Shown here in pieces: positions 48,201-62,329 of a stretch of DNA of 64,000 bases. Position 1 is the first letter of the stretch. Each line of letters begins with the position of its first letter. Location: contig JBNRSN020000007.1 in the NCBI GenBank assembly GCA_051313645.2, positions 154,566,001 to 154,630,000 of the forward strand. The letters run 5' to 3'. The notes under the pieces were generated by a model. The model searched no databases. It was not told where the DNA came from and saw only the letters and a list, made by a program, of their open reading frames with translations. This DNA comes from Centroscyllium fabricii. Taxonomy: Eukaryota. Both the position numbers and the translations under genes were made by a program.

Positions 48201-51200
48201 ACAGTGATCCCACACCTGTTGAGTGAGCACTAACCTGCCGAGTGATCTGACATTTGTAGAATGATCCCTCTCATGTTGTTAGATCCCTCAACTGTAGAGT
48301 GAGCTAACACATGTAGAGGGATCCCTCGGCTGTAGTTTGAATCCTCAGCTGTAGAGGGATCCCACACCTGTAGCACAAACTCTCAACTGTAGGGTGATCC
48401 CACAGATGTAGAGTGATCCCTCAACTGTTATGTGATCCACATCTGTAGAATGATCACTCAAATTTAGATGTATCCCTCACCTGTAGAATGATCACAAATC
48501 TGTAGAATGATCACAAACCTGTAGATTGATTCCTCACCTGTAGAGTGACCACAGATCCATAGAGTGATCCCTTAAATGTAGGTTGATCCCTCACCTGTAG
48601 ATTGATTCCTCACCTGTAGAATGCCTACTCACCTGTAAATTGAATGCTCACATGTATTGTGACCCCTCACCTGTAGAGATCCCTCACCAGTAGAATGGCT
48701 CCCCACCTATGGAGTGATCACACGCCTGTACAGTGATCCTTCACCTGTAGAGAGATCCCTTACTAGTAGAGTGATCCCATACCTGTAGTGATCCCTCACC
48801 TGAACAGTGATCCCTCACCTGTAGAATGATCCCACACTTGTAGACCGATAATCACCTGTAGAGTGGTCCCACACCTGCAGAGAGGTCCCAAACATGTAGA
48901 TATCTCTCACACCTGTAGAATGATCCCACACCTGCAGGGTGATTCCACACTTCTAGACTGATAATCACCTGTAGAGTAGTCCCACAACTAAAGAGAGGTC
49001 CCAAACCTGTAGAGATCGCACACATGTAGAATAATCCCACACCTGGAGAGTGATCCCACACCTGTAGAGAGCTCCCACAGCTTTAGAGTGATCACACACA
49101 TGTGAAGTGGTCCCACGCCTGTAGATTGATGACACACCTGTAGAGAGATCCCACTCCTGTAGAGGGATCACTCACCTGTAGAATGATAGTCACCTGTAGA
49201 TTTTTCCCACTACTGTAGTGTCATGCCACGCCTGTAGAATAATCCCTAACCTGTGGAGTGATGCCACACCTGTAGAGTGATCCCACATATGTAGAGTGAT
49301 CCCACACCTGTAGAGGGATCCCACACCTGCAGAGGGATCCCTCACCTGTAGTGTGATTCCTCAGCTGTAGGATGGTCCCACACCTGCAGAAGAATCCCTC
49401 ACCTGTAGAGTTATTCCTCACCTGTAGTGTGATCCCTCAGTGTAGATTGACCCCTCACCTGTAGGATGATCCCACACTTGTAGAGTAATCCCTCGCCTGT
49501 AGAGTGATGCCTCACCTTTAGGGCAATCCCACACTTGCAGAGGTGACCCTTACATGTAGAGTGATCCCACAACTGTACAGTGATCCCACACCTGTTGAGT
49601 GAGCACTAACCTGTCGAGTGATCTGACATTTGTAGAGTGATCCCTCACATTTTGTTAGATCCCTCACCTGTAGAGTGAGCTAACACATGTAGAGGGATCC
49701 CTCACCTGTAGTTTGAATCCTCAGCTGTAGAGGGATCCCACACCTGTAGCTTGAACTCTCAACTGTAGAGTAATCCCACAGATGTAGAGTGATCCCTCAA
49801 CTGTTATGTGATCTACATCTGTAGAATGATCACTCAAATTTAGATGTACCCCTCACCTGTAGAATGATCCCTCACCTGTAGAATGATCACAAACCTGTAG
49901 ATTGATTCCTCACCTGTAGAGTGACCACAGATCCATAGAGTGATCCCTTACATGTATATTGATTCCTCACCTGTAGATTGATTCCTCACCTGTAGAATGC
50001 CTACTCACCTGTAGATTGAATGCTCACATGTATTGTGATCCCTCATCTGTAGAGAAATCCCTCACCAGTAGAATGGCTCCTCACCTATGGAGTGATCACA
50101 CACCTGTACAGTGATCCTTCACCTGTAGAGAGGTCCCTTACCAGTAGAGTGATCCCATACCTGTAGTGATCCCTCACCTGAACAGTGATCCATCACCTGC
50201 AGAATTATCCCACACTTGTAGACTGATAATCACCTGTAGAGAGGTCCCAAACTTGTAGAGAGAACTCACACCTGTAGAATGATCCCACACCTAGTGAGTG
50301 ATCCCACACCTGGAGAGTAATCACACACCTGTAGAGAGATCCCACAGCTTTCGAGTGATCACACACCTGTAGATTGATGACACACCTGTAGAGAGATCTC
50401 ACTCCTGTAGAGGGATCACTCACCTGTAGAATGATAGTCACCTGTAGATTGTTCCCACTACTGTAGGGTCATGCCACGCCTGTAGAATAATCCCTAACCT
50501 GTGGAGTGATGCCACACCTGAAGACTGATCCCAAACCTGTAGAATGATCCCTCGCCTTTAGAGTGATCCCTCAACTGTAAAGTGAAACCTTACCTGTAGT
50601 GCACCCTCGCCTATAGAGTGATCCCTCATCTGTAGTGTGATCAGAAACCCATAATGTGATCACTCACCTGTAGAGAGATCCCACAACTGTAGAGTGATCA
50701 CACACCTGTAGAGAGATCCCACACCCATAGATTGATACCACACCTGCAGAGGGATCCCTCACCTGTACCAGAACCCAAAGCTCTTGAGAGATTCCACACC
50801 TGTACAGAGACCTCTCTCATTAAGTGTGATCCCTCACCTGTAGAATGATTTCTAAACTGTAGTGAATACACACCTATAGAGTGATCCCACACATGTAGAG
50901 TGATCCCACACCTGTAGAGATCCCACACCTGTAGAGTGATTATTTGACTGTAGAGTGATCCCTCATCTGTAGAATGACCCCACACTTGTAGAGCGATCCC
51001 ACACTTGCACAGTGATCCCAAACCTGTAGAGTGATCCCACACCTGTAGAGAAATGCCACACCTGTGCAGAGATCCCTTTCATTTACTGTGATCCCTCAAC
51101 TGTAGAGTGATCCCTCACTTGTAGAATGATCCCTCAACTGTAGAGTGATCCCACTACTGTAGATTGATCCCAAGCCTATAGAATGATCCCTAACCTCTGG

Positions 51201-53312
51201 AGAGTGAGTCCACAGCTGTAGAATGATCCCACACCTGTAGAGTGATCCCTCACCTAAAGAGTGATCGCACACCTGTAGAGTGATCTCACACCTGTAGAGA
51301 GAACCCACGCCTGTAATGATCCCACAACTATAGAGTGATCTGATACCTGAAGAGAGATTCCTCTCCCGTAGAGTGATCCCACACCTGTAGAGGGATTACA
51401 CACCTGCAGAGGGATCCCTCACCTGTAGGATGAATCCAAACCTCTTGAGATTCCACAACTGTACAGAGACCCCTCTCATTAAGTGTGATCCCTCACCTGT
51501 AGAATGATCCCTAAACTGTAGAGTGATCCCACACCTGTAGAGTGATCCCACACGTTTAGAGTGATCCCACACATGTAGTGTGATCCCACACTTGTAGAGA
51601 GATCCCACACTTGTAGAGAGATCCCACACTTGTAGAGAGATCCCACACCTGTAGAGTGATTCCTTGACTGTCGAGTGATCCCTCATCTGTAGAATGATCC
51701 CACACCTGTAGAGTGATCCCACACCTGTAGATTGAACCCGTACCTGTAGATTGAACCCGCACCTGTAGAGTGACTTCTCACCTGTGGGTTGATCCCTCAC
51801 CTCTAAATTGATCCCTCACCTGTAGATTCACCCCTCACCTGTAGATTCATCCCTCACCTGTAGAGTGATCGCACAACAGTAGAGTGATTTCACACCTGTA
51901 GAGTGATACCTCCCATTTAGTGTGATTCCTCACCTGTAGAGTGATCTCACGCCTGCAGAGGGAATCCCTCACCTGTAGTTTGAATACTCTCCTGTAAAGG
52001 GATCACACAGCTGTAAAGTGAACCCTAAACGTTAGAGTAATACCCCAGCTGTAGAGTGATCCCTCAAATTTAAAGTAATCCCACATCTGTATATTGATCA
52101 CTCACCTTAAGAGTGAACACACACCTGAAGTGTGATCACACACCTGTAGAGTGGCCCAACACATGTCGAGTGTTACCACAACTTTAGCGTGAACCCTCAG
52201 CTGTAGAATGATCCCACACCTGTAGACTTATCACAAACCTGTCGAATGATCTCTCACCTGTAGTGTGATCACAAACCCGTAGTGTGATTACTCACCTGTA
52301 GAGTAGTCCCACGCCTGTAAAGAGATCACAAACCCATAGAAAGATCCATCAGCTGTCGAATGAACCCACACCAGTCGATTGATCACAAACCTGTAGTGTG
52401 ATCCCTCACATGTAGAGTGAGCCCTCACCTGTAGAGGATGCCCTCACCTGTAGAGAGATTCCTCACATTTAGAGAGATCCCTTGCCTATAGAGTGATCCC
52501 TTGTCTATAGAGTGATCCCTGTAGTGTAATGCCTCACATGTAGAGTGATCCCACACCTGAAGAATTATCCCTCGCCTCCAGTGTGATCCCTTACCAGTAG
52601 AGTAATCCCTCATCTTTAGAGTAATCCCCAGCTGCAGAGTGAGCCAACACCTGTAGAGTGATCCCTCACCTGTAGAGTGATCCCACACCTGTAGCAAGAT
52701 CCCACAACTGTTGAATGATCCCACATATGTAGAGTGAGGCCTCACCTGTAGAGTGATCCCTCACTGTAGAGTGACCACACATCATGAGAGTGATTCCTCA
52801 CCTAAAGCGTGATCACTGACATACAGAGCGATCCCACAGCTGTAAAGTGATCACTCAGCTGTAGAGTGATCCTTCAACTGCAGTGGGACACCACACCTGT
52901 AGAGTGATCCCATGCCTGCAGAATGATCCTACATATGTAGAGTAATCCCAGAGCTGTAGAGTAATCCCACATCTGTAGAGTGATCAATCACCTTGACATC
53001 GATCCCTCACCCCATGATGGAACCCTTACCTGTAGTGATCCCTTGCATGTAGAATGATCCCTCACCTGTACAGTGACACCTCACGTGTAGAGTGCTTCCA
53101 CACCTGTAGAGTGAATCCTCACCTGTAGACTGACCCCTCACCTGCAGAGTTACCCCACACCTGTAGAGTGACTCCTCACCTGTAGAGTGATTCATCACTC
53201 GAGTGATCCCGTACCTGTAGATTGATCACTAACCTGCAGACTGATCCCTCAGTGTAGAGTGATCCCTCACCTGTAGATTGATGCCTCACCTGTAGACTTA
53301 TCCCCCAAACTG

Positions 53313-53472
53313 TAAACTCCGGTACCTGCATGCCTGATAATGTACTTTACTGTATGCAATTTGCATGTAATTTATTTGCACTACTCTCGGGAGCGTCGAG
53401 TCTTTGTCTCGTATTGTACTAGTACTCTGCAATGACAATAAAACTTGAATTGATTGAATTGAATTGAATTGA
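53313..53472 (+). mobile_element. LINE 3' fragment with (GAATT)n tail
   Basis: Same family as 37569-37763, opposite strand. Confidence 0.75.
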
Positions 53473-53493
53473 TCATGTGTAGAGTGATCCCAC

Positions 53494-53883
53494 TGAAGGT
53501 CATCGAGCCCCAGGTGGGCAAAATAAACACTATAAGGATAATATCAGATCCAACCTTAAAAAATTCAACATCACCACAAACAATTGGGAGGACATTGCGC
53601 TCAACCATGCCATCTGGAGGAAAGTCATTCATGAGGGGGCTGCACTACATGAAAAAAATCTCCACCGTGCTGCAGAGGACAAGGGGCAGCGGCGAAAGGA
53701 GAGACTGAACATCAGGAAGACTCAACCAGCACCAACTACCACATCCTGACATCCTTGCCCATACTGCTCCAAAGATTGTGGATCTTGTATCAGCCTTGAC
53801 AGCCATCCGAGGACCCACAAATAGAAGACCCCATGGAGGACTATCATACTTGACTCGAGTGATTGCTAATGATGATGATGATG
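53494..53883 (+). mobile_element. RTE-clade LINE 3' fragment with (GAT)n tail
   Basis: GHRAPGGQNKHYKDNIRSNLKKFNI..WEDIA..CPYCSK..SHPRTHK* then (GAT)n. Confidence 0.8.
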
Positions 53884-56800
53884 CCACACAAATTGAAAAT
53901 TCCCAAACCTGTAGTGTGATCCCTCACCTGTAGAGTGATCCCTCACTGTAGTGTGATCCCACATTGCTAGAGTGATCTCTCAACTGTAGAGTGATCCCTC
54001 ACCTGTAGATTCATCCCTCACCTGTAGAGTGATCCTTCAGCTGTAGAGTGATCCCTCACTGTAGTGTGATCCCACATTGTGAGAGTGATCTCTCAACTGT
54101 AGAGTGATCCCTCACCTGTAGAGTGATCCCTCACCTGTAGAGTGATCCCTTGCCTGTAGAGTGATCCCTCACCTGTAGAGTGATCCCTCAGCTGTAGAGT
54201 GATCCCTCACTGTAATGTGATCCCACATTGCTAGAGTGATCTCTCAACTGTAGAGTGATCCCTCACCTGTAGGGTGATCCCTCAGCTGTAGAGTGATCCC
54301 TCACCTGTAGAGTTGGTCCCGCACTCTATAGTGATCCCATACTTGTAGATTGATCCCTCACCTGTAGTCTGATCCTTCAGTGTAGAGTGATCCCTCAACT
54401 GTAGAGTGATCCCACACATGTAGAATGATCACTAATCTGTAGGGTGATCCAACACTTGTAGAGTGATTCCTCTCATTTCGTTTTATCCCCCACCTGTAGA
54501 ATGATCTAACATGTGTAGAGGGATCCCGCACCTGTAGTTTGAATCCTCACCTGTAGAGGGATCCCACACTGTAGCGTGATCCCTCAACTGTAGAGTAATC
54601 CCACACATGTAGAGTGATCCCTCAACTGTAGAGTGATCCCACATCTGTGGAATGATCTCTCAATTTTAGATTGATCCCTCACCAGTGGAGTGATCCCACA
54701 CCCATAGAGTGACCCTCATATGTAGAGTGGTCTCACATGTAGAATGATCCCACACCACTAGAGTGATCCCTCATGTGTAGCGTGATCCCACACATATACA
54801 ATGATCCCACAACTGTAGAGTGATCCCATACCTGTAGAGTACTCCCACACCAGTAGTGGGATCCCACATTGCTAGAGTGATCCTTCACCTGTAGAATGAT
54901 CCCAGACATACAGAGTGCTCCCTTACCTGTAGATTGATCCCTCAGCTGTAGAGTGATCCATCAACTTTTGACTGACACCACACCTGTAGATTGATCTCAC
55001 ACCTGCATAATGATCCTATACATGTAGAATGATCCCAGAGCTGTAGAATGATCCCTCACCTGTGAAGTGATCCCACATATGTAGAGTGATCACTCACCTT
55101 GACATGAATCCCTTAACTGAAGAGGGAATGCTTACCTGTAAAGTGATCCTTCACATGTAGAGTGATCCCTCACCTGTACAGTGACACCTCACCAGTAGAG
55201 TGATCCCACACCTGTAGAGTGATCCTGCACCTGTCGACTGAGACCTCACCTGCAGTTACCCCACACCTGTAGAGTGATCCTCAACTGTAGATTGATGCCT
55301 CACCTGTAGAGTGATTCCCTCAGTGTAGAGTGATCACTCAACTGTAGGATGATACCACACCTGTAGAATAGCACCTCACCTGTAGAGTGATCCATAACCT
55401 GTAGAGTGATTCCACACCTGTAGATTGATCCCTCAACTGTAGGGTAATCCCACACTTATAGAGGATACCCTCACCTGTAGTTTGATTCCACACCTGTAGA
55501 ATGTTCACTAACCTGTAGAGTGATCCAACACTTGTAGAGTCATCCCTCTCATTTAGTTTGATCTCTCACCCGTAGAGTGATCTAACACCTGTAGACGAAT
55601 CCCTCACCTGTAGTTTGAATCCTCACCTGTAGGGTGATATCGGACCCATAGCATGATCCCTCAACTGTAGAGTAATCTCACAGATGTAGAGTGATCCCTC
55701 AACTGTAGAGTGATCCCACATCTGCAGAATGATCACTCAATTTTAGCTTGATCCCTCACTAGTAGTGATTTCACATATAGAATTATCCCACACCACCAGA
55801 GTGATCCCTCATGTGTAGAGTGATCCCACACATATAGAATGATTCCACACCTGTAGATATCACACCTGTAGAGCGATCTCACAACTGTAGAGTAATTCCA
55901 CACATGTAGAATGATCCCACACCTGTCGTGTGATCCAAAATCTGTAGTGCAATCCCACACATGTAGTGTGATCCCACAACTGTACATTGATCCCTCACCT
56001 GTAGTGTTCCCTCACTGTAGAGTGATCCCACATTGTTAGAATGATCGCTCAACTGTAGAGTTATCACAGACATACAGAGTGATCCCACACCTGTAGAGTG
56101 ATCCCTCAGCTGTAGAGTGATCTCTCAGCTGTAGAGTGATCACTCAGCTGTAGAGTGATCACTCAGCTGTAGAGTGATCATTCAGCTGTAGAGTGATCAC
56201 TCACCTGTAGAGTGATCATTCAGCTGCAGAGGGTTCCATCAACTGCAGAGTGATGCTCACCTGTAGAGTGATCCAACACCTGCAGAGGGATCGCTCACTT
56301 GAAGTGATATGCACCTGTAGGATGATACCACTACTGTAGATTCACCCCACACATGTAGAATAATTCCTAACCTGTAGAGAGATAACACACATGTAGAGTG
56401 ATCCCACACGTGCAGAGGGATCCCTCACCTGTAGAGTGATACTCACCTGTAGTGATCCCACTACTGTAGAATCATCACAAATGCGAAGAATGATCCCTCA
56501 CCTGTAAAGTGATCCCTCATCTGTAGAGATACAACTGTAGAAAGATACCACAACTGTAGAGTGATTGCACACCTATAGTGAGATCCCAAACCTGTAGAGT
56601 GATCCCACAGCTGTAGAGTGATCCCACACAATTAGAGGGATGTCCCACCTGCAGAGGGATCCCTCACCTGTAGAGTGAACCCACACCTGTAGAGAAATGC
56701 CACACCTGTGCAGGGATCCCTCTCATTTACTGTGATCCATCAACTGTAGAGTGATCCCTCACTTGCAGACTGATCCCTCAACTGTAGAGTGATCCCACTA

Positions 56801-59800
56801 CTGTAGATTGATCCCAAGCCTATAGAATGATTGCTAACCTGTAGAGTGAATCCACAGCTGTAGAATGATCCCACACCTGTCGAGTGACCCCTTACCTGTA
56901 GAGTGATTGCACACCTGTAGAGTGATCTCACACCTGTAGAGAGATCCCACACCTGTAATGATCCCACAACTGTAGAGTGATCTGATACCTGCAGAGTGAT
57001 CTCACACCTGCAGAGGGATCACTCACCTATAGATTGAACCAAGACTTGTAGATAAATCCCTCTCATTTAGTATGATCCCTCAACTGTAGAGAAATCATTC
57101 GCCTGTACAATTATCCTTCATCTGTAGAGTAATCCCACACCTGTACAATGATCCATAACATGTAGAGTGAATCCACACCTGTACAGTAATCCCACACCTA
57201 TAGTGATCCCTCAACTGTAAATTGATCCCTCACATGTAGAGTGATCACTAAGCTGTTGATTGATCCCTCACCTGTAGAGTGAACCCACAGTGGTAGAGTG
57301 ATTCCACACCTGTAGAGGGATACCTCTCATTTAGTGTGATCCCTCACCTTCAGAGTGAACTCACACCTGTAGAGGGACCCCTCACCTGTAGTTTGTCTCC
57401 TCACCTGTAGAGGGTTCCCACACCTGTAACGTGGACATTATCTGTAGTGTAATTCCACAGTTGTAGAGTGATCCCTCAACTGTAGGGTAGTCCCACATCT
57501 GTAGAATGATCAGACATTTTTAGATTGACCCCACACCTTAAGTGTGAACACTCACCTCTAGTGTGATCACACAACTGTAGAGTGGCCCCACACCTGTAGA
57601 GTGATACCACACTTGTAGAGTGATCCCTCAGCTGTAGACTGATCCCATGCCTGTAGTGTGACACAACAGCTGTAGAGAAATTCCTCAGCTGTAGACTGAT
57701 CCCTTGCCTGTAGGGTGATCACAAACCTGTAGAGTGATCCCTCAGCTGTAGAGTGATCCCTCACCTTTATGGTGATCTCTCACCTGTAGAGTGATCCCTC
57801 ATCTGTAGAAATTGCCTTCATCTGTAGAGTGATTCCTCAGCTGTAGACTGATCCCATGCCTGTAGGGTGATCACAAACCTGTAGAGTGATCCCTCAGCTG
57901 TAGAGTGATCCCTCACCTTTATGGTGATCTCTCACCTGTAGAGTGATCCCTCATCTGTAGAAATTGCCTTCATCTGTAGTGATTTCTCAGCTGTAGGATG
58001 AACCCACACCTGTAGTGTGAACCCTCATCTGTAGAGTGATCCCACACCTGTAGAGTGATCCCACACCTGTAGAATGGTCCCTCACCTGTAGAATGATCCC
58101 TCATCAGTAGTGTTCTCACCTGTAGAATGATCCCTCATCTGTAGAGTGATCTCACACCTCTAGAGTGATCCCTCAACTGTAAAGTGATCCCTCACCTGTA
58201 GAGTGATCCCTCATCTGTAGAGTGATCCCACATCTGTAGTGATGCCATACCTGTAGAATGAGCCCTCGATTGTAGTGTGATCCCTTGTCTGTGGAAAGAT
58301 CCCACACCTGTAGAGTGATCCCTCATCTGTAGAGTGGTCTCACACCTGTGGAGTGATCCCACTACTGTAGAGGCATCGCACATCTGTAGAATATTCCCTA
58401 AACTGTAGAGTGAATCCACACCTGTAGTGTAATCCCTCACCTGTAAACGGATCCCTCACCTGTAGAGTGATCCCTCATCTGTAGAGTGATCCCTCAACTA
58501 TAAAGTGATCCCTCAACTGTAGAGTGATCCCACACTTGTAGAGTGATCACTCATGTGTAGAGTGATCACTCATCTGTAGAGCGGTCACTCACCTGCAGAT
58601 TGATCACAAATCAGTAAAATGACTCCTCACCTGTAGAGTGATCCCTCACTTGCAGGGTGACCCCTCACCTGTAGAGTGATCACAACCCATACAGTGATCC
58701 CTCAACTGTATAGCAATCCCTCACCTGTAGAGTGATCGATCAGCTGTAGTGATCCCTCAAATGTAGATTGATCCCACACCTGTAGTGTACCTTCAACTGT
58801 AGAGTGATACCACACCTTTAGAGTGATCCTACCCCTGTAGAGTGATCCCAAACGTTTAGAATTATCCCTCGTTTGTTGAGTGATCCCTCACCTGTAAAGT
58901 GATCCCCTGCCTGTTGAGTGATCCCTCATCTGTAGAATGATCACACACCTATAGAATGATACCTCATCTGTGGAATGATCTCTGGCCTGTAAAATGATGG
59001 CTCACCTGTAGAGTGATCCTTCTTCTTTAGAGTGAACCCTCACAAGTTGAATGATCCCTAATGAGTGATTCCTCGCATGTAGAGTGTTCCCTCACATTTA
59101 GAGTGATCCCTCACCAGTAGGGATCCCACACATGTAGGGTGATCCCACATCAATAGAGAGATCCAACACCTGTAGAGTGATCTCAGACCTGCAGGGTGGT
59201 CCCTCACCTGTAGAGTTATCCCTAGCCTGCAGAGTAATTCCACACCTGTAGTTAGATCCCTCACCTGTAGGGTGAACCCACACCTGCAGAGGAATCCATC
59301 ACCTGTAGTGTGATCCCTCATCTGTAAAGTGATCCTTCACCTATTGAGTATTCCCTCAACTTTAGAGTGACCCCTCACCTGTAGAGTGAGCCCTCACCTG
59401 TAGAGTGAGCCCTCGCCTGTAGAGTGATACATGCCTGTAGAGTGATGCTCATCTGTAGTGTGATCCCACATCTGTAGAATGATCCCTCGCCTGTAGAGTG
59501 ATCCCTCGCCTGTAGAGTGATACATGACTGTAGAGTGATCATCTATAGTGTGATCCCACACCTGTAGTGATCTCACACCTGTAGAGAGATCCCACACCTG
59601 TAGAGTGATCTGACACCTGTAGAGTAATCCCACACCTGAAGAGACATCCCTCACCTGTATTATGATCACACACCTGTAGAGGGATCCCACACCTGCAGAA
59701 TGATCCCACACTTGAAGAGTTATCCATCACCTATAGATAGATCCCAAAGCTGTAGGGATCCCACACCTGCAGAGGGATCATTCACCTGTAGACAGATACT

Positions 59801-62329
59801 CAGCTGTAGAGTGATCCCTCACCTGCAAATTTATCTCATGCCTGCAGAATAATCCCTAAACTGTAGAGTGATTCCACAATGGTAGAATGATCCCTCACCT
59901 GTAGAGCGACCCCTCCCCTGTAAACTGAGCCCTCGCCTGTAGTGATCCCTCACCTGTAGAGTGATCCCTCATCCGTAGAGTGAACCTACACCTGTAGCAT
60001 GATCCCACAGCTGTAGAGAGATACCACACCTGTACAGAGAGCCCGTTTGTATAGCGTGATCCCTCACTTGTCAAGTGATCCTGACCTGTAGAATGATTCC
60101 TCATCAGTAGAGTGATCTGACACCTGTAGAGAGATCCCAAACCTATAGTTATCCCACACATGTAGAGTGATATCACACCTGTAGAGGGATGCCACACGTG
60201 CAGAGGGATCCCTCACTTTTAGAGTGAACCCACACCTGTAGAGAGATTCAATACCTGTACAGAAAGCCTACTTGTATAGTGTGATCCCTCACCTGTCAAG
60301 TGATCCTGACCTGTAGAATGATTCCTCATCAGCAGTGTGATCCCACTACTGTAGAGTGATCCACCAGCTGTAGAATGTACCAGACCTGTAGAGTGAGACC
60401 ACACCTATAGAGTGATCCCACACTTGAAGAGATATCCCTGACCTGTAGTATGAACATGCACAGATAGAGGGATCCCACACCTGCAGATTGATCCCACAGC
60501 TGTAGTGATCCCACACCTACAGTGGGATCACTCACCAGTAGACTGATACTCACCTGTAGAGTGATACCTCACCTGCAAATTGATCCCATGCCTGTAGAAT
60601 AATCCCGAACCTGTAGTGTGATTCCACAACTGTAGGGTGATCCCACACCTGTAGAGTGATCCCTCACCTGTAGAGTGATCCCACACTGTAGAGAGATCCC
60701 ACACCTGTAAAGTGATCCCACGCCTGTAGAGTGATCCCACACCTGTAGAGTGATCCTACACATGTAGAGTGATATTACATCTGTAGAGGGATGCCACACC
60801 TGCAGAGGGATCCCCCACCTTTAGAGTGAACCCACATCTATAGAGTGATCCCACACCTATAGAGTGATTCCTCTCCTGTAGAGTGAACCCACAATGGTAG
60901 CATGATTACACACGTGTAGAGGGACCCCACTCATTTAGTGTGAGTGATCCCACACATGTAGAGAGATCCCACACCTGTAGTGATTTCTCACCTGCAGAGT
61001 GATCCCTCATCTGGCCAGTGATCCCACGCTTGTAGAATAATCCTACACTAGTAGTGGTCCCACACCTGTCAGAGATCCCACACCTGTAGAGAGATACCAC
61101 ACCTGCAGATATCGCTCACCTGTTGGTAGAACCCAGACCTGTAGATACATCTCTCTCATTTAGTATGACGCCTCACTGTAGAGAGATCATGCACCTGTAA
61201 AATTATCCCTCATCTGTAGAGTGATCATTCACCTGCAGTAATATCCCTCATCGGTAGTGTGATCCCACCACTGCATAATACTCCCACGCCTGTAGAATGA
61301 TCCATAATATGTAGAGTGAATCCACACCTGTAGAGTAATCCCACACCTATACAGTGATCCCTCAACTGTAGTTTGATCCCTCACCTGTAGATTGATCCCG
61401 TACATGTAGAGTGATCACGCAGCTGTTGATTGATCCCTCACTTGTAGAGTGAACCCACAGCAGCAGAGTGAACTCACACCTGTAGAGGGATACCTCTCAT
61501 TTAGTGTGATCCCTCATCTGCAGAGTGAACTCACACCTGCAGAGGGAACCCTCACCTGTAGTTTCTATCCTCACCTGTAGAGGGTTCCCACACCTGTAAC
61601 GTGGACATTATCTGTGATGTAATTCCACAGCTGTAGAGTGAACTCTCAACTGTAGAGTTGTCCCACATCTGTAGAATGATCACCAATCTATAGAATGATC
61701 CCTCCCCTTAAGTGTGAACACTCACCTGTAGTGTGATCACACAACTGTAGAGTGGCCCCACACCTATAAAGTGATCGCACACTTGTAGAGTGATCCCTCA
61801 GCCGTAGAATGATCCCAACCCTGTAGAGTGATCCCACACCTGCAGAGTGATCCCACAACAATAGAGAGATACCACAACTTTAGAGTCATCCCACATCTGA
61901 AGAGAGATCCCACAGCTGTAGTGATCCCACACCTGCAGAGGGACCTCTCACCAGTAGACTGTTACTCACTGTAGAGTGATCCCTCACCTGCAAATTGATC
62001 CCATGCCTGTAGAATAGTCCTTAACTTGTAGTGTGATTCCACAACTGTAGGTTGATCCCACACCTGTCAAGTGATTCCTCACATGTAGAGCGACTGCCTG
62101 CCCTGTAAAGCGATCCCTCATATGTAGTGATCCCACACCTGTAGAGTGATCCCACACCTGTAGAGTGATCCCACCCCTGTCGAGTGATCCCACACCTGTC
62201 GAGTGATCCCACACCTGGAGAGTGATCCCACACCTGGAGAGTGATCCCACACCCGGAGAGTGATCCCACACCCATAGAGTGATCCCACACCCATAGAGTG
62301 ATCCCACACCCGTAGAGTGATCCCACACC

